From Polyangiales bacterium (GTDB lineage: Bacteria; Myxococcota_A; Polyangia; Polyangiales; Polyangiaceae), in contig JBBRLQ010000010.1 of assembly GCA_038231275.1 (NCBI GenBank), positions 32,001-96,000 on the forward strand: a stretch of 64,000 nt of DNA, given 5' to 3'. The first letter of the stretch is position 1. Every line of letters begins with the position of its first letter. The position numbers and the translations under genes were made by a program. Shown piece after piece: positions 19,020 to 28,679 of this stretch. The notes under the pieces are model-generated. The model did no database searches and was not told the origin of the DNA. It worked only from the letters and a program-made list of their open reading frames with translations.

Positions 19020-22000
19020 TTGAACCAAACCTTTGGCCGATACCGATTGCTCGAGCGGCTCGGCCAAGGCGGCATGGCCGAGGTGTTCAAGGCCAAGAGC
19101 TACGGCGTCGAGGGCTTCGAGAAGGTCGTCGTCATCAAGCGCATCTTGCCCGAGCTCGCGCGGAGCAAAGAGTTCGTGGACATGTTCATCCACGAGGCCA
19201 AGCTCGCCGTTCGCCTCTCGCACGCGAACATCGTGCAGGTCTTCGATCTCGGCATCGCGCCGGGGGAGGACGTCCTCGGGTCGCGCCGGCCCGACGCCTA
19301 CTACATGGCGATGGAGTTCGTGCACGGGTTCGACCTCGCGTCGCTCCTCGCGCGGTGCCGCCGGCAGCAGCTCGTCCTCCCGATCGACATGGGCGTCTAC
19401 ATCGCCGCCGAGGTCGCGAAGGGCCTCGACCACGCGCACCGGCGCCGCGACGAGCAGAGCAAGGCGCTCGGCATCGTCCATCGCGACGTGTCGCCGCAGA
19501 ACGTTCTCTTGTCGCTGGAGGGTGAGGTCAAGGTCACCGATTTCGGAATCGCGAAGGCGAAGGGCGCGCTCGAGTCGCCGGCCATCGAGGACACGCGCTC
19601 GCGCCAGCTCCAGGGAAAGTTCGGGTACATGAGCCCCGAGCAAGCGCGCGGCGAGAGCGTCGATGCACGGAGCGATCTCTTCTCGCTCGGCGTCGTCCTC
19701 TACGAGATGGTCGCCGGCGTGAACCCGTTCGTCGCGCCGACGACGTTCGAGACGTTGCGCCGCGTGCAGGCGTGCGAGTACCCGCCGGTGGAGCTCCTGC
19801 GCCCCGACGCGCCGCCCGAGCTCGTCGCGATCCTGAAGACGGCGATGTCGAAGAACCCCGACGAGCGGTACGCCGACGCGGGGCGCATGTACGAGGCGCT
19901 CCTCGCGTTCCTGTACTCGCAGGGCCGCAGGTTCGGCGCCCACGATCTCGCGGAGTTCATCGGCACGTTCCGCGCAGGAGACGACGCGGCGCCGGGCGCG
20001 ACGATGGACGGGCCGCTCCTCGACGGCGACCACCACGAGCGCGGTTCGAACGAGCGCACGCCGGTGGAGATCCCGCTGCACGGTACGGGACCGGCGCGTC
20101 ACGACTCGTCGGCGTCGATTCGCATCGTGGACGTCGGTCGCGCCGCGGAAATGGGCGAGCGGCGCGAGGTGACGGCGCTCGTGATCGAGCTCCCCGCGCG
20201 CGGCGATCAAGCGGTGGGCGGCAAGGCGCAAGAAATCGTGTCGCGCTACGGCGGACGCGTCGTCAAGAACGAGCCCGAGCAAATCGCCGCGCTCTTCGGC
20301 CTCGGCGAGCCCGACGGCCGCGACACCGAGGTCGCCGTAAGGTGCGCGCTCGTCGCCTTGCGCGCGCTCGACGGTCCGCGGCGGCCCAGCGCCGGGCTTC
20401 ACACCGGGCGCATCCACGTCGCGCACTCCGGAGAGCCTACGCAGGACGAGCGTCTCAGCGCCCTCGTCGCGACCGCGCAGACGCTCGCGCGCGCGCGCGA
20501 GGGGCAGCTCGCGATCTCGAACGCTGCCACGCGTCAGGTGCGCAACTTGTTCTCGCTCGAGCCGATCCCCGATCCGGCGATGTCGTCGTTGGGGCAGCTC
20601 GTGAAGGACGTCACCGGTCCCAGCGAGAGCTTCGGGCGCTTCGTCGGCCGGAAGGACGAGCTTCGCAAGATCGGCGAGATCCTCGCGGCGGCGACCAAGA
20701 AGAACGCGCGCATCCTGACGGTGCGAGGCGATCATGGAATCGGCAAGACGCGCCTCCTCGTCGAGGTAGAGCGTCGCCTCCGCAAGGGGGGATACAACGT
20801 CGGCTGGCACCAGGCGACGTGCCCGCCGCGCGGCCGCGAGCTTCCGCTCTCCGGAATCATGTGCATGTTGCAGGTATTGTGCGGCGTCTCCGACGGCGAT
20901 CCGCACGAGCGCATCATGACCGTGCAGCCGCGCCTGCGCGCGCTTGGCCTCCACGACGACGACGTGGGCGCCATCTTGAGCGCGCTCGGCGCCAGCGTCG
21001 TGGCGCCGTTGGCCGGCAACGCGAAGACCGCGCTCCGCAGCGCCTTCGCACGCATGGTGACGAGCCTCTGCGAGGACCGCCCCCACACATTTGCCTGGGA
21101 CGCCGCGCACTCGATGGACTCCGAGAGCTTCGCGCTCCTCGAGTCGGTCTTCCAGCGGCTCGCGCACGTTCGCGTCGTGTTCGCGTTCGCGGCGCGCGCG
21201 GGCTTCTCGCATCCGCTCGAGACGCTGCCGTCCCACGCCGGGCTAGAGTTGTCGGATCTCGCGGCGGAGGACGTGGAGCGCCTCGTGGCGCTGCGACTCG
21301 GCATCGATCGCGCGCCCGACGAGCTTCTTCGTTTCGTCCGCGAGCGCGCCGGCGGTCACCCGCAGTTCATCGAGGAGGTGCTGAAGGCCCTCGTCGACGC
21401 GCGTGCGGTCACCGTCGCCGACAAGCGCATCGTGTCCATGAAGCTCGTCGGCCAGGAGCTCGCGCTGCCGAAGACGCTGCGTGGCCTCGTCGCGTCGCGC
21501 GTCGCGCGCCTAGCGCCCGCCGATCGGGCGACGTTGCAAGCCGCGGCGGTGCTCGGCGATCCAGTGAACGCGGCGGTGCTGGCGCAGATGCTTGGGCAAG
21601 CGATGAGCCTCCTCGAGCGATCGCTCTCGACCCTGAAAGAGCGCGATTTTCTGATCCACGTCGGCGCGAGCGAGCTGCGTTTCACGTCGCCGATCGTTCG
21701 CGAGGTCGTCGCCGACGCGCTCACCGCCGAGGCGTCGCGCGAGATGCACGCCGCCGCCGGCACCGCGCTCGAGAACGTCCTCGGCGACAAGGCGTGGGAG
21801 CAAGCGGCGCGCATCGCCGCGCACCTGTACGAGGCCGGCGATCGCGAGCACGCGGCGTCGTATTTCGCGAAGAGCGGAGAGCGGCGGCTCGAGGCGCGCC
21901 AGGTCGAAGCGGCGACGCGCGACTACGCCCGCGCGATCGAGCTCTGCGACACCGCGATGCGCACGCCGAAGGAGCTCGCGGGATGGCTGGCGGGGCTCGC

Positions 22001-22967
22001 GTCGTGCGTGCGTCTCGTGCGCTCGCTGCCCGAGGCGAGCGAGACGTGCGAGCGCGTCCTCCAGCGCATCGATCAGGGCGACGATCTCCCCACGCGTGTC
22101 CGCGCGCGCATCGACGCGGGGCGCATCTTGACGGCGCTCCATCTCTTCGATCTCGGTCGCGAGAAATTCGCGGACGCCGAGCGCATCGCGAAGGGGAGCT
22201 CCAGCGAGGGGCTCATCAAGTCGGCGCTCGTCGCGTCGACCGAGCTCACGGGACGGCAGGGCGATTTCAAGCGCAGCCTCGAGCTCCTCGAGCGCATCCA
22301 GCACATCGTCACCGGCGAGGGCGACAAGGCCGAGGAGCACAAGATCCTCATGAGCCTCTCGCAGGCGCACGCGGCGATGAACGATCGGCGCGCCGCTTTG
22401 TCGGCCCTGGAGCGTGCGGAGGCGCTCACGCCGAACGATCCGATGGCGGCGTGCGAGCGACAGAAGCTGCGCGCGCTCATCGACTACTTCACGCGCGACT
22501 GGCGCGCGGCGGCGGTCTCCTGCGAGAAGGCCGTCGACATGGCGCGCCGCGAGGGGCTCACCTACGAGGTGACCGTCAACCTCCACAACCTGGGCGACAT
22601 CCTCCTACGGCTCAACGACTTCGCGCGCGCGTACGGGGCGCTCCAACAATCGCTCGCGCTGTGCGAGGAGCTCGGGTACGAGCGCCTCGCGAGCCACAAC
22701 CGCATGTTCCTCGCGTTCCTCGACGCGGCCGCCGGCGACGCGAGCGCGGAGGCGGTGCTCCTCCAGGGCATTCGGTATGCGGAGTCGAACGACTTCACTT
22801 GGGACGTCATCAGCGGGCGCTGGCTCCTGGCACAGCTCCAGCACAGACGCGGCGCGTTCGACGCCGCGCGGCTCGAGTTCCAGAAGCTCCTCGACATCGC
22901 GCGGAAGGCCGGCAATCGCCTGGCGGCCGACGACTGCGACGCCGCGCTTCGAGCGATGGCGAGCTGA
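19020..22967 (+). CDS. multidomain Ser/Thr kinase with degenerate cyclase-like domain, AAA/STAND ATPase and TPRs
   Basis: Kinase motifs GQGGMAEV, HRDVSPQN, DFG and YMSPEQ; ERREVTALVIEL; FVGRKDEL..GDHGIGKTRL; GGHPQFIEE; C-terminal TPR-like helices. TTG start at 19020 is inferred. Confidence 0.9.
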   Translation: MNQTFGRYRLLERLGQGGMAEVFKAKSYGVEGFEKVVVIKRILPELARSKEFVDMFIHEAKLAVRLSHANIVQVFDLGIAPGEDVLGSRRPDAYYMAMEFVHGFDLASLLARCRRQQLVLPIDMGVYIAAEVAKGLDHAHRRRDEQSKALGIVHRDVSPQNVLLSLEGEVKVTDFGIAKAKGALESPAIEDTRSRQLQGKFGYMSPEQARGESVDARSDLFSLGVVLYEMVAGVNPFVAPTTFETLRRVQACEYPPVELLRPDAPPELVAILKTAMSKNPDERYADAGRMYEALLAFLYSQGRRFGAHDLAEFIGTFRAGDDAAPGATMDGPLLDGDHHERGSNERTPVEIPLHGTGPARHDSSASIRIVDVGRAAEMGERREVTALVIELPARGDQAVGGKAQEIVSRYGGRVVKNEPEQIAALFGLGEPDGRDTEVAVRCALVALRALDGPRRPSAGLHTGRIHVAHSGEPTQDERLSALVATAQTLARAREGQLAISNAATRQVRNLFSLEPIPDPAMSSLGQLVKDVTGPSESFGRFVGRKDELRKIGEILAAATKKNARILTVRGDHGIGKTRLLVEVERRLRKGGYNVGWHQATCPPRGRELPLSGIMCMLQVLCGVSDGDPHERIMTVQPRLRALGLHDDDVGAILSALGASVVAPLAGNAKTALRSAFARMVTSLCEDRPHTFAWDAAHSMDSESFALLESVFQRLAHVRVVFAFAARAGFSHPLETLPSHAGLELSDLAAEDVERLVALRLGIDRAPDELLRFVRERAGGHPQFIEEVLKALVDARAVTVADKRIVSMKLVGQELALPKTLRGLVASRVARLAPADRATLQAAAVLGDPVNAAVLAQMLGQAMSLLERSLSTLKERDFLIHVGASELRFTSPIVREVVADALTAEASREMHAAAGTALENVLGDKAWEQAARIAAHLYEAGDREHAASYFAKSGERRLEARQVEAATRDYARAIELCDTAMRTPKELAGWLAGLASCVRLVRSLPEASETCERVLQRIDQGDDLPTRVRARIDAGRILTALHLFDLGREKFADAERIAKGSSSEGLIKSALVASTELTGRQGDFKRSLELLERIQHIVTGEGDKAEEHKILMSLSQAHAAMNDRRAALSALERAEALTPNDPMAACERQKLRALIDYFTRDWRAAAVSCEKAVDMARREGLTYEVTVNLHNLGDILLRLNDFARAYGALQQSLALCEELGYERLASHNRMFLAFLDAAAGDASAEAVLLQGIRYAESNDFTWDVISGRWLLAQLQHRRGAFDAARLEFQKLLDIARKAGNRLAADDCDAALRAMAS

Positions 22968-23085
22968 ACGATCTGTTGAGCCACGCGAGTGGCACGCTGC
23001 GGCGCGGCTGCCATGGCACGGCCCCTCAAACCCTCTTTTTCTCGGCCATTTCGTGCGCGGTACGCGCGCTGCACCACCTCGGACC

Positions 23086-24201
23086 ATGCATAGCTTGGCT
23101 CTTCGTGCGCTCCTTGGTTCGATCGTCGCCGCCGCCGCCGGCGCAAGCGCCTGCACCCTCATTTCGAAGGATGACCCGGCGTGCCCTCACACCGTCGTCG
23201 ACAAGAGCTCGGTGAAGGACGTGCCGCCGGCGACCGCGTGCTCTGTCTTGGCGTCGATTTTTTCGTCCTCCGGCGCGCCCAACAATATCTGCTCCCGTAC
23301 GTGCGGCGACAGCACGGTCAACGACTGCCAGCTGCCTGACGCCTACGTGACGGCGTTTCGGGCGGCGAACCCGAACGCGTACGCCGCCGACGCCGGCCAG
23401 CCAGTGTGTCCGACGACGACGGGGCCCACCGTCGCGCTCACGTGCCAGGAGATCCACAACGAGGGCACGTACCATAGCAGCTGTCCGATCGACGGGCGGC
23501 GCCCGGCGGGGCTCGAGGCGGTGCTTGTCGCCGACGCGCCGGCGGTGGGGAGGTACTTCGCAGGCTGCGCGCACCTCGAGGCGGCGTCGGTCTTCGCGTT
23601 CCGGGTCCTACACCGGGAGCTGCGTGCCCACGAAGCGCCGCGCGACCTCGTGCGTCGTGCGGGAAGAGCTGCGGCGGAGGAGGTTCGCCACGCCGCGATC
23701 ATGACCGAGCTCGCAGCGCGGTTCGGCGCCACGGCCCTCGCGGCGCGTGTGACGTCGCGTCCGGTTCACCCCGTGTTCGAGATCGCGCTGGAGAACGCGG
23801 TGGAGGGCCTCGTGAGGGAGACCTTCGCCGCTGCGGTCGCGCTCTTCCGCGCGGAGAATGCTTCGGACGCGCACGTGCGCGCCGCGATGCGCGCGATCGC
23901 CGAGGACGAGTGTGGGCACGCCGCGTTCAGTGCGGATCTCGACGCCTGGGCGCGGGCGCGGCTCGACGCTCGAGAGAACACGCGGCTCGACGCCGCGATG
24001 CGCGCTGCGATCGAGGATCTCGCCGCCGAGTTTGCGCACGAGCCCGAGCCCGAAGTAAGGCGGGTCGCTGGAGCGCCGAGCGCGGCTCAGGCGAAGCGGA
24101 TTCTTGGGATGCTTGCGCGGGACCTGTTGGGTGGCCCGGGCCGTGTCGTTTTCGGGCACGGGCACGGGCAGGTTTGGGAGGGAGAGGCGCGGTCGGGGTA
24201 G
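23086..24201 (+). CDS. ferritin-like domain-containing Cys-rich lipoprotein
   Basis: Lipobox ASAC; Cys-rich N-terminal part; GRRPAG, HLEAASVFAF, EEVRH, ENAVEG..RETFAA and EDECGH motifs. Confidence 0.8.
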   Translation: MHSLALRALLGSIVAAAAGASACTLISKDDPACPHTVVDKSSVKDVPPATACSVLASIFSSSGAPNNICSRTCGDSTVNDCQLPDAYVTAFRAANPNAYAADAGQPVCPTTTGPTVALTCQEIHNEGTYHSSCPIDGRRPAGLEAVLVADAPAVGRYFAGCAHLEAASVFAFRVLHRELRAHEAPRDLVRRAGRAAAEEVRHAAIMTELAARFGATALAARVTSRPVHPVFEIALENAVEGLVRETFAAAVALFRAENASDAHVRAAMRAIAEDECGHAAFSADLDAWARARLDARENTRLDAAMRAAIEDLAAEFAHEPEPEVRRVAGAPSAAQAKRILGMLARDLLGGPGRVVFGHGHGQVWEGEARSG

Positions 24202-24232
24202 CGGCAGGGCGCGTGCATCGTACGATGGGGTG

Positions 24233-25654
24233 ATGCACCCCGCGCTCGCACGATGGCTGGTCCTAGGGGCCACGCTTCTTGCGCTCGGGTGCGAGCGGCC
24301 GTTCCTCGCGAGGGATGGAACCCTAGTGTTTCCGGAGACTGGCGCGCACGGGGCGCAGATCGTCACGGCCAACGGGCTCGAGTACCACGACAGCGACGAT
24401 GTCCCGGAACGCCTCGTCGTGCGGGACCCCAGCGAGCCGTGGCGGGCGCCGATCGGGTTCATTTTGCCCCAGAGCGGCCGCTTCACCAGGACGAGCAGTC
24501 CCACCGTGGTCACGACCGACGGGCTCAACATCGTGCTCCGGCCCAGCGACACGCGCGTTCCGTCGTGGGGGGGCGAGGTGCTCGTGCGCATCGACGTGAT
24601 CGCGCCGGCGGCCGAGGGGACGGCGCGTTTCGGGGAGAACGTCGCCATCGTGGTGGACGACGGGCCGGACGTGGCCCACCTCGCCGACGTCGCGATGGGG
24701 CAGCTCTCGGCGCGCGATCGCGTCGCGATCGTCGACGCGCGGGGCGGCAGCGCGATCGTGCCGCCAATGCCCGCGACGCACCGCTCGATGGTGCGCGCGG
24801 CGATCGAGAAGCGACTTGGGACGCGTCGCGGTCCCATCACCCTCGCTGCCGCGCTGCGATCGGCGAGCAGCGCGTTCGGCCCTCAGGGCGCGCGGCGCGT
24901 GCTCGTCCTCACGACGACGCCCGGCACGCAGGCGCACGGCGACGAGGTGCGCGCAGAGCTCGTTCGGCTCATGCGCGACAAGGCGATCGTCTCGGCGGTG
25001 GCGGCGGGCCCGCGAAGCGACGAGTCAGCGATCCTCGATCTCGGCGCGAGCGGCCTCGGCGGCTCCTGCTCCGATCCCGACCTCGTCCAGCGCGAGCGCG
25101 CGGTGCGCGACGCGGTGCCGCCCGCCGGTCTCCTGGTCTTCCGCGGCGTGACGCTCACGTTCGAAGGAACGCCGGCGCCGTCACACGTCCTCGAGGCGTC
25201 GGGCGGCGACGTGATGTGGCACCTCGAGTCCGGCGAGCTCTCGCTCGGCGACGTGCACGCCGGCGAGGCGCGCACCGAGGTCGTTCGCGTGACGGTGCCG
25301 CCGTGGGTGCCAGGTGAGCCGTTCAGCTTCCGCGTGAGCGCCCACGTCGACGACGTGACGCGCGGCATTCCGCGCGAGTTCGTCGCCGACGTCCCGTGCA
25401 TGTACGACGACGACATCGAGCGCATCGCCGAGTCACGCCACGGAGACGTCATCGCGTACGCCTCTGCGCTGGCGGCGCTCAAGCGCCTCGACGCGGCGTT
25501 CGCGGGCGACGGCGTCATCCGCACCGGCGGCCTCCGTAAGCTCGCCCAGCTCCACGCGCGCTCGATGTCCGCCTTCGCGAACGACTCGAAGGATTTCGCC
25601 GCGCGCGAGCAGGCCGATCTCCTCACGGCGCTGCTGATGGCCGTCGAGCGCTGA
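24233..25654 (+). CDS. VWA-like domain lipoprotein
   Basis: Lipobox LALGC; NVAIVVD..LSARDRVAIV..RRVLVLT pattern of a VWA domain with a degenerate MIDAS. Confidence 0.6.
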   Translation: MHPALARWLVLGATLLALGCERPFLARDGTLVFPETGAHGAQIVTANGLEYHDSDDVPERLVVRDPSEPWRAPIGFILPQSGRFTRTSSPTVVTTDGLNIVLRPSDTRVPSWGGEVLVRIDVIAPAAEGTARFGENVAIVVDDGPDVAHLADVAMGQLSARDRVAIVDARGGSAIVPPMPATHRSMVRAAIEKRLGTRRGPITLAAALRSASSAFGPQGARRVLVLTTTPGTQAHGDEVRAELVRLMRDKAIVSAVAAGPRSDESAILDLGASGLGGSCSDPDLVQRERAVRDAVPPAGLLVFRGVTLTFEGTPAPSHVLEASGGDVMWHLESGELSLGDVHAGEARTEVVRVTVPPWVPGEPFSFRVSAHVDDVTRGIPREFVADVPCMYDDDIERIAESRHGDVIAYASALAALKRLDAAFAGDGVIRTGGLRKLAQLHARSMSAFANDSKDFAAREQADLLTALLMAVER

Positions 25655-25660
25655 GTCGCT

Positions 25661-27202
25661 TTACGCGTGGACGTCGCTTCGCGAGGTGGCGCCCGGCGAC
25701 GGGATCGTCGGCGTCTGCCGCTGAACGGGCCCGTCCTCGGCGACGAGATCGTACGAGGCCGCGTCGAACTTGCGCGTCTTCCACCGGAACTCGAACGTGA
25801 AGCTCGGCCAGAGGGTGGTGTTCCGCCCGCTCTTGGTGCGGTACCAGCTCGCGCAGCCGCTCGACCAGACGGTGCCGGCGAAGCGCGTTTGGAGCCCCTC
25901 GTTGTAGGCGCGCAAGGTCTCCGGCTTCACGTCGACGGAGCGGAGACCGCGGGCGCGCATCGTCTTGATCGCGTCCAGCACGTACGCGATTTGCGACTCG
26001 ATCATGTAGATCATCGACGAGTGGCCGAGCGCGGTGTTCGGGCCGAAGACGATGAAGTAGTTCGGGAAGCCCGCGACGGTGGTGCCGAGGTAGGCCTCGC
26101 AGCCGTCCTTCCACGCGTCGTTCAGGTGCCGGCCGCCCTTGCCGTACAGATCGAACGGCGCCATCTGCTCGGCGGCGACGAAGCCGGTCGCGAGGACCAG
26201 CGTGTCGACTGCGTGCTTCACGCCGCCTTTGGTGAGCACGCCGTCCGCCTCGATCCGATCGATCGGATCGGTGACCAGCTCGACGTTCTTGCGCTGGAGC
26301 GCCGGGTAGTAGTCATTCGTGAGGAGCACGCGCTTGCAGCCGAGTCGAAACGTGGGCGTCAGCTTCTTGCGGAGCTCGGGATCGGCGACCGTCCGGTGCA
26401 AGTACTTCGTGGCCTGCGCTTCGCCGATGCGCATCATCGTCTTGTTGCCGAAAAAGCCGAGCGCGACGATCTCATTGCGCGTGTAGATCGCCGCGCGCGA
26501 CGCCTTTTGAGACATCGGGTGCGCCTCGAAGCGGGCGCGCTCACCGTCTGTGAAGGGGCGATCGGCCTTCGGCATGATCCACGGCGCGGTGCGCTGGAAG
26601 AGGGCGAGGTGCGCGGCCTTCTTGGCGACCTCGGGCACGATCTGAATCGCGCTGGCGCCGGTGCCGATGACCGCGACGCGCCGGCCGTCGAGCTCGCACG
26701 ACTCGTCCCACTGCGCGGAGTGGAACGTCTTGCCCCCGAACGACGCGAGGCCGGGGATGTCCGGGAGGACCGGCCTTGTGAGCCCGCCGCTGCCCGACAC
26801 GAGGACCCGCGCGCGTAGCGTCTCGCCCTTCGCCGTGTCGACGATCCACTCGCCGGCGGTCTCGTCCCACCGCGCCGAGGTCACGCCGGAGTCGAAGCGG
26901 ATGTGCGGCGCGAGCCCGTATTTCTCCACGCAGCGCTCGAGGTACGCGAGGATCTCCTTCTGCGGCGCGAAGGTCCGCGACCACTTCGGGTTCGGCTCGA
27001 ACGAGAAGGAGTAGAGGTTCGACTCGACGTCGCACGCCGCCCCGGGGTAGCGGTTCGCGCGCCACGTGCCGCCGATTCCGCTCGCCTGCTCGAGGATCGT
27101 GAAGTCGTGGATCCCCTCTTGCTTCAAGCGAATCGCCATCCCGAGGCCCGAGAAGCCGGTGCCGACGATGACGATGTGCTCGGTGCGCGCGGTCTTCTTC
27201 AC
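25661..27202 (-). CDS. Baeyer-Villiger/flavin-containing monooxygenase (CzcO-like)
   Basis: GTGFSG, GGTWRANRYPGAACDV, FGGKTFHSAQW, GTGASAIQ and ATGF motifs; GTG start overlaps the upstream stop. Confidence 0.93.
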   Translation of the reverse strand: MKKTARTEHIVIVGTGFSGLGMAIRLKQEGIHDFTILEQASGIGGTWRANRYPGAACDVESNLYSFSFEPNPKWSRTFAPQKEILAYLERCVEKYGLAPHIRFDSGVTSARWDETAGEWIVDTAKGETLRARVLVSGSGGLTRPVLPDIPGLASFGGKTFHSAQWDESCELDGRRVAVIGTGASAIQIVPEVAKKAAHLALFQRTAPWIMPKADRPFTDGERARFEAHPMSQKASRAAIYTRNEIVALGFFGNKTMMRIGEAQATKYLHRTVADPELRKKLTPTFRLGCKRVLLTNDYYPALQRKNVELVTDPIDRIEADGVLTKGGVKHAVDTLVLATGFVAAEQMAPFDLYGKGGRHLNDAWKDGCEAYLGTTVAGFPNYFIVFGPNTALGHSSMIYMIESQIAYVLDAIKTMRARGLRSVDVKPETLRAYNEGLQTRFAGTVWSSGCASWYRTKSGRNTTLWPSFTFEFRWKTRKFDAASYDLVAEDGPVQRQTPTIPSPGATSRSDVHA

Positions 27203-28053
27203 GAGAGCCCCACGCTCGACAAGTAGGTCGCCGCGAGGTGGTCGGTGTCCGCCTGGGAGGGGTGGAAATCGCGTCGCATGTACTCGAGGATTCCACGTCG
27301 GAAGACGCTGCGCGAGCCCATCTTCGCGCGCGCCGCCCTTGCGTCCTGGCGAAGGCGCCCGAGGGTGAGCTTCGGCTCTTGCGCGAGGAGGCTCGTCGTC
27401 GCCGCGGTCCAAAAGCCGCCGAGGAGCGCGGTGGCGAGGACGAGCCCGGTCATGCGCAGCGCATAGCTTGGCGCGACGGCGCGCAGCACGTCGAAGGCGA
27501 CCGCGCGGTGCTCGATCTCCTCCGACGCGTGCCACAGGAGGAGGTCTCGCATCGACGGGTGCGCATGATCGAGGATGCGCTCGCCGAGCACCTCTTCGGC
27601 GAGAATGGCGGTGAAGTGCTCGCACGCCGCGGTGGTCGCGAGGCGCAGCGCCGGCGGCGAGATTCGCTCGACGAACCCGAACGCGATCGCCTCGTAGATT
27701 CGAAGGAAGCGCTCGATCTCGAAGCCCTGCGCGCGCATCACCTCGAAGAAGCGCTCGTGCTCCTTCGCGTGCCGCCCCTCCTGCCCGAAGAAGCCGCGCA
27801 CCTGCGCGACCAGCCGCGGATCGCCCAGCTCTTTCAGGTAGTGGTTCACCGAGCGGACGAAGAAGCGCTCGCCCGCGGGGAAGAGGAGGTTCACGCCGTT
27901 GACGACCTGGGTGGCCCACACGTTCCCGGCGAACCAGTGGCGGGGGATCGCACGGTCGAGGGGGAGGACCGGGGCGCGGGGCTTCGGAGGCGCGTTGGCG
28001 ACGGGAGCGACGGGAGCGACGGGAGCGCGGGGGAGGGAGGAGGTGGCCTGCAT
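27199..28053 (-). CDS. predicted metal-dependent hydrolase (PF10118-like)
   Basis: LFPAGERFFVRSV, FFGQEGRHAKEH, CEHFTA, WHASEEIEHRAVAFDV and DFHPSQ motifs. Confidence 0.85.
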   Translation of the reverse strand: MQATSSLPRAPVAPVAPVANAPPKPRAPVLPLDRAIPRHWFAGNVWATQVVNGVNLLFPAGERFFVRSVNHYLKELGDPRLVAQVRGFFGQEGRHAKEHERFFEVMRAQGFEIERFLRIYEAIAFGFVERISPPALRLATTAACEHFTAILAEEVLGERILDHAHPSMRDLLLWHASEEIEHRAVAFDVLRAVAPSYALRMTGLVLATALLGGFWTAATTSLLAQEPKLTLGRLRQDARAARAKMGSRSVFRRGILEYMRRDFHPSQADTDHLAATYLSSVGLS

Positions 28054-28056
28054 CGT

Positions 28057-28075
28057 TATTGACTCCGATTCAATG
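28057..28075. promoter_or_regulatory. putative TetR operator 1
   Basis: TATTGA-CTCCGAT-TCAATG, immediately upstream of the ATG at 28053. Confidence 0.7.
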
Positions 28076-28085
28076 ACGGTAGCGT

Positions 28086-28106
28086 CTATTGACCCAAGGT
28101 CAATAG
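28086..28106. promoter_or_regulatory. putative TetR operator 2
   Basis: Perfect inverted repeat CTATTGACC-CAA-GGTCAATAG. Confidence 0.75.
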
Positions 28107-28168
28107 CGCCTTGGGCAGATTTTCGACGGGGGTTGCTGCGTCGCCGCACGTGTGGGAGCAAATGGGCC

Positions 28169-28669
28169 ATGGCACGCGCCCGCACCAAGCTCCTCGTCCT
28201 CGCCGTCGTGGCCGCCGCGACGCTCCTCGGCCTCCGTCTCACCCGCAGCGATTCCGCCGATCCGGGCGCGTCCGGTGACGAGGCGTTGATCGACGGCCGC
28301 TTCTGGGTCGAGGGGCGACCCGAGAAGCTCACCGACTACGTGCACGGCGCGTTCTTCATCAGCCGCGCCAACCTCGGCATCTTCGAGCGCGCGAGCGCGT
28401 ACGACATCCGCTTCGAGATCTTCGATCTCTCGCGGTCGGGGACCAACCTGAAGATCTTCTTCCCGCAGACGAAGAAGGAGTCGAAGAGCACCTTCACGCT
28501 GAAAAAATGCTCGGATAAGCCGCCGTTCGACCTCTGCCTCGATCTCGCGGACAACCCGTGGGGCGGGCCGAAGCGCTACTACGGCTTCGAGAAGCCCGAG
28601 GACGAGCGCGCGATGCTCGGCGATCGCGCCTCGCGCATGCGGGCGCGCGTGCCTGCCGCCGCGCGTTGA
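28169..28669 (+). CDS. hypothetical exported protein
   Basis: N-terminal signal or anchor, GC3-rich ORF and a Cys pair (KKCSDKPPFDLCLDL). Confidence 0.65.
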   Translation: MARARTKLLVLAVVAAATLLGLRLTRSDSADPGASGDEALIDGRFWVEGRPEKLTDYVHGAFFISRANLGIFERASAYDIRFEIFDLSRSGTNLKIFFPQTKKESKSTFTLKKCSDKPPFDLCLDLADNPWGGPKRYYGFEKPEDERAMLGDRASRMRARVPAAAR

Positions 28670-28679
28670 CGGCGCGGCC

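Noticed and set aside
19772..23215. Very long alternative-frame and antisense ORFs (also 37006-40041, 52970-55399, 3201-5174 and others)
   Set aside because: Arg/Ala/Pro-rich shadow ORFs expected in high-GC DNA, overlapping well-supported genes.
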